Source of the DNA: a bacterium
GTDB taxonomy: Bacteria; Margulisbacteria; WOR-1; O2-12-FULL-45-9; XYB2-FULL-48-7
Direction of reading: 5' to 3'
Assembly: GCA_043812655.1 (NCBI GenBank)
Contig: JBDRLW010000046.1
Coordinates: 1 to 64,000, forward strand
DNA: 64,000 nt
Shown here: positions 10,495 through 21,098 of the stretch, one piece after another
Layout of the letters: each line of letters begins with the position of its first letter
Position numbering within the stretch: position 1 is the first letter of the stretch
Translations under genes and position numbers: made by a program
The notes under the pieces: generated by a model
The model's input: only the letters and a program-made list of their open reading frames with translations
What the model was told of the DNA's origin: nothing
Database searches by the model: none

Positions 10495-11040
10495 ATGGTT
10501 AATGAGAACGAGTTAAAAATAATTGATGCGATCTCTCTTGATAAAAATTTGACCCAGCGGGAGCTTTCAGCCCGGACCAAGCTTTCACTCGGAGCGGTTA
10601 ATATTATCCTTAAACGATTGGTTAAGCGTGGCGCGGTCAAGACAACCAATTTAAATGCCAAGAAAGTTGAATACCTGGTCACACCACAGGGTTTTTCTGA
10701 AAAAGCCAAAAAATCATACAATTATATCCTTAAGACTATCGATCTAGTGAAAATGGTTCGTGAAGAGATCGCTAAGATCGTTTTGGAGGAATATAATAAT
10801 GGTCAGAAGAAATTTGTTGTTTTGGGAGATGATGATCTAGCTGATATTATTGAATTAGCCTTAAAAGGCTTTGATTACGAGCGGGTTAATGATCTCAAAG
10901 ATTTAAAAGATAAAGATCCTTTGGTCTTAGTAAGTAAAAGCTCTGCTAAGGCCAACGGTTTTCGTTCGATCAATATAGCGGATCGACTGGGTGAATCTTA
11001 TTGGGGAGTTGAACTACAGCCGTATGAAAAGGTCAGATAA
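10495..11040 (+). CDS. MarR-type winged-helix regulator, EPS-associated type
   Basis: LTQRELS..LSLGAVNIILKRLVKRG..YLVTPQGFSEK; first gene of the glycan cluster. Confidence 0.8.
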   Translation: MVNENELKIIDAISLDKNLTQRELSARTKLSLGAVNIILKRLVKRGAVKTTNLNAKKVEYLVTPQGFSEKAKKSYNYILKTIDLVKMVREEIAKIVLEEYNNGQKKFVVLGDDDLADIIELALKGFDYERVNDLKDLKDKDPLVLVSKSSAKANGFRSINIADRLGESYWGVELQPYEKVR

Positions 11041-11770
11041 TAACAGGGAACAGGAATTGGTTGGGTTGAGTAGATTGCTGGAAGGGACAAGCGATGGCCG
11101 CAATCCGCACCTTGATTCTGATATGGGAGCCTCCCGATACATCGATAATGCGAATACAATAAAAAGTTGTTTGCCTTCTGGCAAAATATTTGATTGGGGC
11201 TGCGGACTTGGGCAAATGACTTATTTCTTGAAAAATCGTGGTTTCGATGTGGTTAGCTATGATGTAGATCAGGGGGGCAGAGATTTTCTGGCCGGGATTG
11301 GCCAAACTCTTATCTTGGCTACTGATCCAATTAAGCTTCCCTTTGCTGACAGTTCTTTTGACGCCGTCCTTTCTTCTGGTGTCTTGGAGCATGTTCCAGA
11401 TCCCGCGGCTTCACTTAAAGAAGTGGCTAGAATAACTAAAAAGGACGGATATTTCTTTGTTTTTCGGCTGCCCAATAAATATTCGTATATAGAATTTATT
11501 TCCGACATTATAGGTCGTGGCGACCATCAGGTGAAATACACAAAACCAGAAATCGTTAAATTACTTAAAGAGAACGGCTATGAAATTGTCAGCCTTAATT
11601 ATCAAGGCTTTTTGCCTTATAATTTAAAAGGTTTTCCTGGTTTTATCAGGATGGGCTATCACTGGCTTGATCCATGGTGGCAAAAGATCGATCAACTCCT
11701 TTCAGCCTTGCCAATGATCAATAAATTGTCCACTAATATTGAACTTGTTGCGCGAAAAATAAGAAAATAA
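11024..11770 (+). CDS. class I SAM-dependent methyltransferase
   Basis: FDWGCGLG, LPFADSSFDAV, VLEHVPDP; start uncertain (10991 or 11024). Confidence 0.85.
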   Translation: MKRSDNNREQELVGLSRLLEGTSDGRNPHLDSDMGASRYIDNANTIKSCLPSGKIFDWGCGLGQMTYFLKNRGFDVVSYDVDQGGRDFLAGIGQTLILATDPIKLPFADSSFDAVLSSGVLEHVPDPAASLKEVARITKKDGYFFVFRLPNKYSYIEFISDIIGRGDHQVKYTKPEIVKLLKENGYEIVSLNYQGFLPYNLKGFPGFIRMGYHWLDPWWQKIDQLLSALPMINKLSTNIELVARKIRK

Positions 11771-13216
11771 ATGGCACAAAGTACTACACAAAGAATAGCC
11801 AAAAACTTTTCTTGGTTAATGATCGCCAATATTGCTGGCGGGCTTATAAATTTCTTCATGATCATTTATATCGCCAGGTTGCTTGGCTCTTCAGCTTTTG
11901 GCCTTTTCCAATTTTCCCAGGCCTTTCTATTATATTTGGTATTAATCGTTGATTCTGGCCTGTCGGTTTACGGCACAAGGGAAATTGCCAAGGATCGGGC
12001 AAGTATAAACAAGATCGTAAGTAATGTTTTCGCCCTTCGTCTGCTTATCGCTCTAACGGTCCTGTTGATCAGTTTGTCTATACTTTTCATTATCCCGATC
12101 GCGCCGATGATCCGGACTCTTTTTTCCGTGACATTTTTACTGGTTATTTATCGCGCGTTAAACTCTGACTGGGTTTTCCAAGGCCTGGAAAAAATGGAAT
12201 ATTTGGCTGTTTCCAAATTGATCTTTTCTGTCGCGATCCTTGTTTTTATCGTGATGTTTGTCAAAGGCCCAAGCGATTTAATTAAGATACCTTTAATCCA
12301 ATTATTATGGGGATTATTGGTCGGGGGTTTATTCTTTCTGATCCTCTATCGCAAATACATAAAATTTGACATTAAAGAAATAGTGACCAACAACTGGCCG
12401 AGAATTGCTTTAATTTCTTTACCTTTAGGGGTTTCTGGTGTTTTGATGCTGATCTACGATAACCTTGACACCATTATGCTCGGGATAATGACCACGTCGG
12501 CGACCGTTGGCATTTACAATGCCGCTTATCGGATATTTTATATATTTGCGGGGATATTTTCAATGTGGTTGGCAACGGCACTGCCTGTGATGTGCAAGCG
12601 TTTATCCCAAGATCAAGACAGGGCTAAAATATTTATCGAAAAATTCATTAGGCTGACAATGCTCTTGTTAATCCCAGTTTCTTTATTGGTTTGTCTGGCT
12701 TCTCCTATCATTATTAGTTTATTCTTTGGCAGTGGATACGTCCAAGCTGGCCTGGCATTAAGTGTTTTGATCTGGGCTTTAGTTCCTCTAGCTATCAGTA
12801 ATACTTATGGCAGCCTGATCTTGATCCCAGCTGGTAGATTTAAACAGTTTTTGATTTCTGTTGGAGTTGGTGCGATGACAAATATTGCTTTAAATTTCAT
12901 TCTTATTCCGCAATTCAGTTATATTGGCGCGGCGATCGCGACAATTTTAGCGCAAATATCTGCTGGGATAACCGCTTATTATTATGCCCAAAAAATAATC
13001 AAGCTGAATATTTTTGACTATTTATTTAAGCCAATTGTAGTTTTGACTCTTTCTTTTCTAGTATTTACAATAATATATTGGTTTACTCCTGGCCAACAAC
13101 CAATACCGCAACTAATATTTAGTAGTTTAGGCTATTTAACAATGACTAGCTGGTTGATCTTTTGGTTAGAACGGGAGTTTCTTTTTGGCTTTATTAAGGA
13201 GATACTGCGAAAATGA
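11771..13216 (+). CDS. wzx: Wzx-type polysaccharide flippase
   Basis: many TM segments, ARLLGSSAFG, DTIMLG, VGIYNAAYR, LNFILIPQFSYIGAAIAT. Confidence 0.85.
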   Translation: MAQSTTQRIAKNFSWLMIANIAGGLINFFMIIYIARLLGSSAFGLFQFSQAFLLYLVLIVDSGLSVYGTREIAKDRASINKIVSNVFALRLLIALTVLLISLSILFIIPIAPMIRTLFSVTFLLVIYRALNSDWVFQGLEKMEYLAVSKLIFSVAILVFIVMFVKGPSDLIKIPLIQLLWGLLVGGLFFLILYRKYIKFDIKEIVTNNWPRIALISLPLGVSGVLMLIYDNLDTIMLGIMTTSATVGIYNAAYRIFYIFAGIFSMWLATALPVMCKRLSQDQDRAKIFIEKFIRLTMLLLIPVSLLVCLASPIIISLFFGSGYVQAGLALSVLIWALVPLAISNTYGSLILIPAGRFKQFLISVGVGAMTNIALNFILIPQFSYIGAAIATILAQISAGITAYYYAQKIIKLNIFDYLFKPIVVLTLSFLVFTIIYWFTPGQQPIPQLIFSSLGYLTMTSWLIFWLEREFLFGFIKEILRK

Positions 13217-14259
13217 CCAAACCACTACTTTCGATCTGTATTCCAACTTATAACAGGGCGCAGCTATTAAAACAGGCGGTTGAAAGCGTTTTGCGGCAAA
13301 TAGACGAATCAATTATTGATGAAATAGAAGTAATAATATCTGACAATGCTTCTACTGATGAGACTTATTCAATTGTTCAGCAAATCAAGGATCAGTCAAA
13401 GGCGATAATTAAATATTATTTAAATAAAAAGAATGTTGGAGCCGAAAGCAATTTCTTGCTGGCAGTAGAGCGGGCTTCAGGCCAGTACGCTTGCCTATTA
13501 GGCAGTGATGATTTGCTGGCGGATGGCGTACTTTTACGGCTAGTGCGGGAGATCAAAAAATCGGATGGCATTGACATTTATTATGGGGAAAAGGAGGATT
13601 TTTATTTGTCACCAGACCAGCCAATGCGTTACCGTCCAATTATGCGCTATCCCCAGGAAACGATTTTTGATTTTAAGAAAAAAAACACTTTAGATGAATA
13701 CTTTAAGGTTAATAAGAGATTGATTGCATATTGTAATTTCATCTCAAATGTAGTTTTTAACCGAGCAAGATGGCTCCAAGTCAGAGATAAAGATAAATTT
13801 ATTGGGACTGAATATGTCCATGTTTATGTTTTTCAATCAATATTATGGGGGGAAAAACCGGGAGTAATGAAATATTTACCGTGGCCAATGGTGAAACGGC
13901 GATGGGGGAATGATGGGCCGATCGATCCTGGTAAAAGGCTAAGACAAGATGTATCAATGTTCCATATGATCGCTAATGAAGTGTTTACCGATAAAAAATA
14001 CGTTCACCTGATTGACGACTTAGTTATTAGAAATGATGGGTTTTCTTGGGCCGTTAGGCTAAAGATAAATAATCCCAAACGTTATTTATTTAAACTTCTG
14101 CCTTTTTTGTTTAATATTTATAGTAATCATCTTCTGTTTTGGTTTAAATTAGTTCCTTTAGTTTTTATACCAAATTATTTGCTTAGGTTTATGAGGGGGT
14201 TATATCGAAAACAAGTTAAAGGTGAACCATTAGGAATGAAGGAACTAATGGTGAGCTAA
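13213..14259 (+). CDS. GT2 glycosyltransferase (RfbV-like dideoxyhexosyltransferase)
   Basis: LSICIPTYNRA, ISDNASTD, LLGSDD. Confidence 0.8.
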   Translation: MTKPLLSICIPTYNRAQLLKQAVESVLRQIDESIIDEIEVIISDNASTDETYSIVQQIKDQSKAIIKYYLNKKNVGAESNFLLAVERASGQYACLLGSDDLLADGVLLRLVREIKKSDGIDIYYGEKEDFYLSPDQPMRYRPIMRYPQETIFDFKKKNTLDEYFKVNKRLIAYCNFISNVVFNRARWLQVRDKDKFIGTEYVHVYVFQSILWGEKPGVMKYLPWPMVKRRWGNDGPIDPGKRLRQDVSMFHMIANEVFTDKKYVHLIDDLVIRNDGFSWAVRLKINNPKRYLFKLLPFLFNIYSNHLLFWFKLVPLVFIPNYLLRFMRGLYRKQVKGEPLGMKELMVS

Positions 14260-14311
14260 GGTATAATGGCGAAAATAAATAAGCTATAATTATTATTGTG
14301 GAGGTAGGACA

Positions 14312-15088
14312 ATGAAAGTCGTTATATTAGCTGGCGGATTAGGCTCCAGGATCGGGGAAGAATCGGTTCTAAGGCCAAAGCCATTGTTGGAGATCGGAGA
14401 GAAACCAGTGCTTTGGCATATTATGAAAACTTATTCTCATTATGGGTTTAACGATTTTATTATTTGTCTTGGTTATAAAGGCTTCCAGATAAAGGAATAT
14501 TTTGCTAATTATTTCTTGCACGAATCGGATGTTACCTTTGATTTCTGTGATGGGCGAAAAGAAGTGATACATAGACATGCGGCGGAAGCTTGGCGAGTGA
14601 CATTGGTCAATACAGGGATGGGAACAGCTACTGGAGGCAGGATAAAAAGAATAAAAAAATACTTACAGAATGAACCTTTTATGATGACCTATGGTGATGG
14701 CGTTTCTGACGTGAATATCAAGGACTTATTAAGTTATCACCAAAAACATGGCAAGCTTGCTACTGTGACAGCGGTAAAGCCAATGGGTCGATTTGGTGCG
14801 TTAAGTGTTGGGAAAAACAATGAAGTAAAGAGGTTCCAGGAAAAGCCAGAGGGGGATAAGGCTTGGATCAGTGGGGGGTATTTTGTTTTTCAGCCTAAAG
14901 TTCTTGATTATATAAAAGGTGATGAGATGTCGCTAGAAGGTGAGCCATTAGAAAAATTGGCAAAACAACGCCAATTAATGACTTATAAGCATAGCGGCTT
15001 TTGGCAGCCGATGGACACGCTACGTGAGCGCAAAATTCTAGAATCTCTTTGGAGTAGTGGCAAGGCTCCTTGGAAAGTCTGGGAATGA
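14312..15088 (+). CDS. rfbF: glucose-1-phosphate cytidylyltransferase
   Basis: ILAGGLGSRI, PKP, TYGDGV, GFWQPMDTLRE, APWKVW. Confidence 0.93.
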   Translation: MKVVILAGGLGSRIGEESVLRPKPLLEIGEKPVLWHIMKTYSHYGFNDFIICLGYKGFQIKEYFANYFLHESDVTFDFCDGRKEVIHRHAAEAWRVTLVNTGMGTATGGRIKRIKKYLQNEPFMMTYGDGVSDVNIKDLLSYHQKHGKLATVTAVKPMGRFGALSVGKNNEVKRFQEKPEGDKAWISGGYFVFQPKVLDYIKGDEMSLEGEPLEKLAKQRQLMTYKHSGFWQPMDTLRERKILESLWSSGKAPWKVWE

Positions 15089-16128
15089 ATTTTTGGCAAG
15101 ATAAAAGAGTTTTTATTACCGGTCACACTGGATTTAAAGGTGCCTGGTTATCTTTATGGTTGAATTTACTGGGAGCGAAAGTGACCGGTTACGCTTTAAA
15201 ACCACCGACAACCCCTAATTTATTTGAGTTTTGTGAGCTTGAAAAGAAAATGGAATCAATCATTGCGGATATTAGGGATTTGGATAAATTAAAGAGAGAA
15301 ATATCAAAAGCAAAACCCGAAATTGTTATTCATATGGCGGCCCAGCCGATCGTTAGAGAATCTTATAAAGTTCCAGTTGAGACATTTTCCATAAATGTTA
15401 TGGGGACCGTTAATATGCTTGAGGCTGTCAGAAGCTGCGAGGGGATCAAAGCTGTTGTTAATGTGACGACAGACAAAGTATATGAAGTCAGTAATGTGAA
15501 TAGAGTAACGCGTAATGCGTACAGTGAAGAAGATCCACTGGGAGGACACGATCCTTACTCAAGCAGTAAAGCGTGTTCCGAATTAGTATCGCAGGCCTAT
15601 CAGCGTTCATATGGGATGAATATCGCGACCGCGCGGGCAGGAAACGTGATCGGTGGGGGAGATTGGGCGGCTGATCGTTTAGTCCCTGATTTTTTCCGGG
15701 CAGTATTAGCTGGGAAAAAGATGATGATACGTAATCCGAATGCGGTTAGGCCCTGGCAGCACGTTCTCGAACCGCTTCATGGTTATTTACTATTAGCAGA
15801 AAAATTGTATTGTTACCCAAGCAAGTATGATACCGCGTGGAATTTTGGGCCGAAAAAAAAGGATATAAAAACAGTGGAATGGGTTATTAATAGCTTATGC
15901 AAAGGTTGGGGGCAGGGAGCCAGTTATGAGGTTGATGGCAGCCAACATCCGCATGAGGCGGATTATTTGTGTCTAGATAATTCTAAAGCCAAAAAAAGCT
16001 TGGGCTGGCGACCGAAATGGGATTTGGAGACAGCGATGGACAAGGTAATTGAATGGACAAAAGCTTCACAGTCAGAAAAATACTTAAAAAGCGTATGCCT
16101 TGAGCAAATTAAAGAATATATAAAATGA
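15085..16128 (+). CDS. rfbG: CDP-glucose 4,6-dehydratase
   Basis: ITGHTGFKGAWL, DPYSSSK, ARAGNVIGGGDW, RPWQHVLEPL. Confidence 0.93.
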   Translation: MNFWQDKRVFITGHTGFKGAWLSLWLNLLGAKVTGYALKPPTTPNLFEFCELEKKMESIIADIRDLDKLKREISKAKPEIVIHMAAQPIVRESYKVPVETFSINVMGTVNMLEAVRSCEGIKAVVNVTTDKVYEVSNVNRVTRNAYSEEDPLGGHDPYSSSKACSELVSQAYQRSYGMNIATARAGNVIGGGDWAADRLVPDFFRAVLAGKKMMIRNPNAVRPWQHVLEPLHGYLLLAEKLYCYPSKYDTAWNFGPKKKDIKTVEWVINSLCKGWGQGASYEVDGSQHPHEADYLCLDNSKAKKSLGWRPKWDLETAMDKVIEWTKASQSEKYLKSVCLEQIKEYIK

Positions 16129-17765
16129 GAGTCCTCATTATTGTTCCAAGAGTGCAGTTGGAAGAAACGGTAAATTATAACTATCTATTTCCTTTAGGGC
16201 TGGCTTATATTACATCGGTTTTAAAAAAAGCTGGACATAAAACCACCGTTTTAAATCTTAATCATTTTTCGGGGAGTGTTCCACAGTTAATAAATGAACG
16301 GATCGAGCGGGAAGGTCCGTTTGATCTTGCTTGTACGGGCGGCATCTCCACCATTTATCGGCAAGTAAAACTAATTGTCGAAGCGCTGCGTCTAACTCAT
16401 CCAGAGGTTAAATTGATCCTGGGCGGCGGGCTGATCTCGAGCGAGCCGGAACTGATGTTGACCGCCTTAAAGCCGGATTACGTTATCCTAGAAGAAGGGG
16501 AAGAAACTATCGTTGAGCTTTTATCTTGTCTTGATAAGCAGGGTGAGATTGAAAAGGTCGCAGGAATCGGTTATTCCGGGCCTGGTGATCAAATTATTAT
16601 GACTAAAGCACGTTTGCCGATCGCTGATATTGATTCGATTCCCTGGCCTGATTTTGAAGCTTTCGAATTTGATAAATATTTGGATCACATGCGTCCGTCT
16701 GATCAGGTTGGCTATGAATTATATGACAAGCCAAGGGTTTACCCGATCATTTGCAGTCGTTCTTGTCCATTTTCCTGCACTTTTTGTTATCATCCAATAG
16801 GAAAAAGATATCGACAGCGATCGGTCGCATCAATAATGGCCGAGCTTAAGGTCATGGTTAAACGTTATCGGATAAATATCATTGGCATCTACGATGAGCT
16901 TTTTTCTAATGACCGGAAATGGTTAAATGAGTTTTGCGCGCAGATAAAAGTTTTTCTTCTCGAGCTTCCCTGGGAATGCAAATGGGGTTGTCAGATCAGA
17001 GTAGATAAATTAGATGATGAGATGTTAAAGATGATGAAGGACGCGGGATGTTTTTCCTTGAGTTATGGCTTTGAAAGCTATAGTCCAGTTGTTTTAAAAA
17101 GCATGGAAAAGCATATAACGCCAGAGCAGATCGATCGGGCCGTAAAACTAACAATGAAAAACAACCTAAGTCTTCAGGCAAATTTTATTTTTGGCGATCC
17201 GGCCGAAACAGTTAAAACCGCTAAGGAAACATTGGATTATTGGCGGGCCAATGTGGGAGCGGGGATAATGTTGACCTTTATTAATCCCTATCCAGGGACG
17301 CCGATCTACCAAAAGTGCCTGGGAAAAGGGTTGATAAAGGATAAATTAGCCTTTATTGATAACCAGATCTTCGGCATACGGAACATGACTGACAATATGA
17401 CCGACCGCGAATTCATCAGCTTGTGGCGTGATATTAACAAGGCTGTAATTAAAGATCGTGTTTACGCAAAAAAAATAGAGCTTGATCAAGCGACTGATGG
17501 CACTTATGTTGTTTCGGTCGAATGCCCCCATTGCAAAAAGACGATTAATTATAGTAATTATCTGCTAAAATCAAAACAGTATTTTTCAGTGATGTTATAT
17601 TGCCGTTCTTGCCGGCGACGTTTTTTTGCGGCATCGAATATGTTCAGGTTGGCTTTTAATATTCTTTTATTAATGTATTCTATTATGCCGGCCTTTTCAT
17701 ACAGATTTTATGAATATATTTGGCCAAGGAGATATATGATTCGAAAGGTATTAAAAAATGCGTAA
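16125..17765 (+). CDS. cobalamin-binding radical SAM enzyme with C-terminal Zn-ribbon-like Cys pairs
   Basis: PLGLAYI B12-domain start, SRSCPFSCTFC, GFES; CPHC..CRSC. Confidence 0.85.
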   Translation: MRVLIIVPRVQLEETVNYNYLFPLGLAYITSVLKKAGHKTTVLNLNHFSGSVPQLINERIEREGPFDLACTGGISTIYRQVKLIVEALRLTHPEVKLILGGGLISSEPELMLTALKPDYVILEEGEETIVELLSCLDKQGEIEKVAGIGYSGPGDQIIMTKARLPIADIDSIPWPDFEAFEFDKYLDHMRPSDQVGYELYDKPRVYPIICSRSCPFSCTFCYHPIGKRYRQRSVASIMAELKVMVKRYRINIIGIYDELFSNDRKWLNEFCAQIKVFLLELPWECKWGCQIRVDKLDDEMLKMMKDAGCFSLSYGFESYSPVVLKSMEKHITPEQIDRAVKLTMKNNLSLQANFIFGDPAETVKTAKETLDYWRANVGAGIMLTFINPYPGTPIYQKCLGKGLIKDKLAFIDNQIFGIRNMTDNMTDREFISLWRDINKAVIKDRVYAKKIELDQATDGTYVVSVECPHCKKTINYSNYLLKSKQYFSVMLYCRSCRRRFFAASNMFRLAFNILLLMYSIMPAFSYRFYEYIWPRRYMIRKVLKNA

Positions 17766-19002
17766 TGCAAAACAGCGGATACCTTATGCCGGCCGGGTTT
17801 ATGATGAAAGAGAAGTTGATAACCTGATCGACGCGGCTAAAGAATTTTGGCTGACGGCCGGAAGATATGCCGATAAGTTTGAAAATGGTTTAGCCAAGTT
17901 CCTGAACATCAAATACTGTTCTTTGGTGAATTCAGGTTCTTCCGCCAACCTATTGGCTTTTATGGCTTTAACCTCGCCCTTGTTAGGAAAGCGGAGGATC
18001 AAGCGGGGGGATGAAGTGATAACGGTTGCGGCCGGTTTTCCGACCACTGTCGCGCCGATCATCCAGTATGGCGCAATACCTGTTTTTGTCGATGTGGCTT
18101 TGCCTAGTTATAATCTTGATGTTTCTCAATTATCAAAGGCCTTATCAAAAAAGACCAAGGCTGTGATAATCGCCCATACTTTAGGCAATCCTTTTAATAT
18201 CAAAGCGGTAAAAGCGTTTTGTGAGAAGCATGGGCTTTGGCTGATCGAGGATAATTGTGATTCTTTAGGCTCGAAATATAATGGTCAATATACCGGGACG
18301 TTTGGCGATATTGGGACGTCTAGTTTTTATCCGCCGCACCATATTACGATGGGCGAGGGCGGGGCGGTTTACACTAATGATCGGTCATTAAATAAAATAA
18401 TTAATTCGCTGCGTGATTGGGGGAGAGATTGTTCCTGTCCATCGGGCAAAGATAATACCTGTGGGAAACGCTTTACCCAACAGTTTGGCGCGCTCCCATA
18501 TGGTTATGACCATAAATATGTTTATTCTCATTTTGGTTATAATTTAAAGGCGACAGATCTCCAGGCGGCTATCGGCTGTGCGCAGCTGGAAAAACTACCG
18601 GATTTTATTAAAGCTAGAAAAAAGAACTGGCAGAAATTACGCGATGGGTTAAATGAGCTGTCAGATATTTTTATATTACCAGAAGCGGCAGATAATTCAG
18701 ACCCAAGCTGGTTCGGCTTTCTTTTGACCGTGATTGAGAATTCTGGATACAAACGTGAAGATATTGTTAAATATTTAGAATCTAAAGGCATTCAAACCAG
18801 GATGTTGTTTGCTGGCAATATGATCAAACATCCTTGTTTTGATGAGATGAGGAAGAAGGGAGTAGGTTATAGGCAAATAGGGAATCTGAAAAATACAGAA
18901 ATAATAATGAACCAGTCCTTTTGGATCGGAGTTTATCCCGGATTAACGGCAGAAATGACCGATTACATGATCAACCAGATCAAAGGAGTGTTGCATGTTT
19001 GA
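17758..19002 (+). CDS. rfbH: CDP-4-keto-6-deoxyglucose 3-dehydratase (E1, RfbH/DdhC)
   Basis: NSGSSANL, EDNCD, SFYPPHHITMGEGG (His in place of Lys), WGRDCSC..DNTC, YDHKY. Confidence 0.9.
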   Translation: MRNAKQRIPYAGRVYDEREVDNLIDAAKEFWLTAGRYADKFENGLAKFLNIKYCSLVNSGSSANLLAFMALTSPLLGKRRIKRGDEVITVAAGFPTTVAPIIQYGAIPVFVDVALPSYNLDVSQLSKALSKKTKAVIIAHTLGNPFNIKAVKAFCEKHGLWLIEDNCDSLGSKYNGQYTGTFGDIGTSSFYPPHHITMGEGGAVYTNDRSLNKIINSLRDWGRDCSCPSGKDNTCGKRFTQQFGALPYGYDHKYVYSHFGYNLKATDLQAAIGCAQLEKLPDFIKARKKNWQKLRDGLNELSDIFILPEAADNSDPSWFGFLLTVIENSGYKREDIVKYLESKGIQTRMLFAGNMIKHPCFDEMRKKGVGYRQIGNLKNTEIIMNQSFWIGVYPGLTAEMTDYMINQIKGVLHV

Positions 19003-20509
19003 CCGATTATTTATTTTTGAATTAGCGAATAACCATTCTGGCGATGTCGAGCATGGGATCAAAACGATCAGAGAGATCGCGGCAGTGGCGAAAAAATATG
19101 ATTTTAATTATGCCTTTAAATTTCAGTACCGCGATCTTGAGACTTTTATCCATCCCGATTATCAGGGACGGACTGACATTAAATATGTTAAAAGATTTCA
19201 GGCTACAGCGCTTAAAGAAGGCGATTTTCTTAAGCTAAAGCAAGAAGTCGAAAACATGGGGGCCATGACAATTTGTACCCCGTTTGATGAGGTTTCGGTC
19301 GATATGGTGGTTAAACATAAATATAATGCATTAAAAATTGCCAGTTGTTCTTTTACCGACTGGCCGCTCATTGAAAAAATTGCTGGCACGGACTTGCCGA
19401 TCATTGCCTCGACTGCCAGTGCCTCGCTGGAAGAGATCGATCAAGTGGTCTCATTTTTTGAACATCGGAACAAAAAACTCTGTATCATGCATTGTGTTGG
19501 CGAGTATCCGACTAAAGGCGCGAACCTTCAGTTAAACCAGATCGACTTGCTTAAAAAGCGTTATCCGGAAATAGTGATCGGCTTTTCCACCCATGAAGAA
19601 CCAGATAATACCAGTTCGATAAAGGTTGCGGTGGCCAAAGGAGCAAAAGTATTTGAAAGGCATGTTGCCGTTAAAGCTGATAAATATCCAATTAATGGTT
19701 ATTCTTCAACCCCAGACCAAATTGATAAATGGCTTGAGGCCGCGCAAGAAGCTTTTAATATGTGTGGCGTAGTAAAGGGACGTTATCCGATCACGGAAAA
19801 AGAGCGGAGCGATCTTAGGGGACTAAAGAGGGGTGTATTTGCGAAAGATAACCTTAAAAAAGGTGAAAAACTGTCTAAAGATAATGTCTTTTTTGCTATA
19901 CCGTGCACGGAAGCACAGTTAGTGGCAAACGACTTATCTAAATATGTTGAATATGTATTAGAAAGAGAAGTTAAACCTAATGAAGCTGTGAACAATAATG
20001 ATCTAAAAACAAAGAATTTAAGGGAAAAGGTCTTAAAGATCATTAAGGAGTTGCGGGAGATCATTCTTAAAAGCCATATTGCCTTGCCGAACCGGATCGA
20101 ACTGGAATTGTCCCATCATTATGGGATCGAAAGATATGAAGAGTGGGGGGCGGCGATACTAAATTGCATTAATCGGGAATACTGCAAGAAGCTAATAATT
20201 TTATTGCCTGGACAAAAACATCCTTTGCACCATCATGTTAAGAAGGAAGAAACATTCCAGGTCCTTTACGGCGACATGGACGTTAAGGTTGAAGGAGAGG
20301 AGCAGGGGTTAAAAGCGGGGGATATGCTGACAGTAGAGCGAAAGGTTGATCATTCTTTTTCTTCCAAACAAGGTTGTGTTTTTGAGGAAGTATCTACCAC
20401 CCACTTTAAAAATGACTCATTTTATGAAGATGAAGCAGTCGGAAAAAATAAAGACCGAAAAACAAACATGACTTTTTGGTCTGATTGGCTGACCAAACCG
20501 GTCGCCTAA
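18995..20509 (+). CDS. NeuB-family PEP-condensing synthase with SAF and C-terminal cupin (sugar-isomerase-like) domains
   Basis: FELANNH, KFQ, TPFD, KIAS, GFSTHE, ERH; cupin HPLHHHVKKEETF. Confidence 0.8.
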   Translation: MFDRLFIFELANNHSGDVEHGIKTIREIAAVAKKYDFNYAFKFQYRDLETFIHPDYQGRTDIKYVKRFQATALKEGDFLKLKQEVENMGAMTICTPFDEVSVDMVVKHKYNALKIASCSFTDWPLIEKIAGTDLPIIASTASASLEEIDQVVSFFEHRNKKLCIMHCVGEYPTKGANLQLNQIDLLKKRYPEIVIGFSTHEEPDNTSSIKVAVAKGAKVFERHVAVKADKYPINGYSSTPDQIDKWLEAAQEAFNMCGVVKGRYPITEKERSDLRGLKRGVFAKDNLKKGEKLSKDNVFFAIPCTEAQLVANDLSKYVEYVLEREVKPNEAVNNNDLKTKNLREKVLKIIKELREIILKSHIALPNRIELELSHHYGIERYEEWGAAILNCINREYCKKLIILLPGQKHPLHHHVKKEETFQVLYGDMDVKVEGEEQGLKAGDMLTVERKVDHSFSSKQGCVFEEVSTTHFKNDSFYEDEAVGKNKDRKTNMTFWSDWLTKPVA

Positions 20510-20522
20510 CCTGGAGGGTGAA

Positions 20523-21098
20523 GTGAAAACAATAGTTTGGGACGTTGATGATGTTTTAAATGATCTGATGAGGGTCTGGTTTGAAGAGTTTTGGCGGCCA
20601 AAGCATCCCGACAATAAAATGAAATATGAAACCATTAACTTCAATCCTCCACATCAACTTTTTGAAGCGACCAAGGAAGAATACCTGGCCTCACTTGATG
20701 ATTTCCGTTTGAGCGGATGCTATGAAAAGCTGAAACCTATCAAAGAAGTGAAGGAATGGTTCTTGGCGAATGGGGAAAAATACAGGCATGTGGCGTTGAC
20801 TAGGGTGCCGGTTGCGGTTGCCCATGTCTCTGCGGCTTGGGTGACGAAGAATTTTGGCGCCTGGATCAGGTCGTTTCATTTTATTCCGTCATATCGGGCA
20901 GGTGAAAATCCGCCAGTTTATGACGAAAACAAAGGAACATATTTACATTATTTTGGAAAAGCCGATCTTTTAATTGATGATACAATAGAAAATATTGAAG
21001 CAGCCGAAAAATATGGCGTTAAAACTTTAGTCTTTCCCCGACCCTGGAATAAGTCAAAGTTGACGATCAGCCAGACGCTTGATGAAATATTAAGATGA
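20523..21098 (+). CDS. HAD-family phosphatase (5'(3')-nucleotidase-like)
   Basis: WDVDDVL motif I, LIDD, RPWN. Confidence 0.7.
   Translation: MKTIVWDVDDVLNDLMRVWFEEFWRPKHPDNKMKYETINFNPPHQLFEATKEEYLASLDDFRLSGCYEKLKPIKEVKEWFLANGEKYRHVALTRVPVAVAHVSAAWVTKNFGAWIRSFHFIPSYRAGENPPVYDENKGTYLHYFGKADLLIDDTIENIEAAEKYGVKTLVFPRPWNKSKLTISQTLDEILR

Noticed and set aside
18995..20509. Standard sialic/legionaminic/pseudaminic acid pathway
   Set aside because: No neuA/neuC or Pse/Leg precursor genes in the cluster; the NeuB is divergent and cupin-fused
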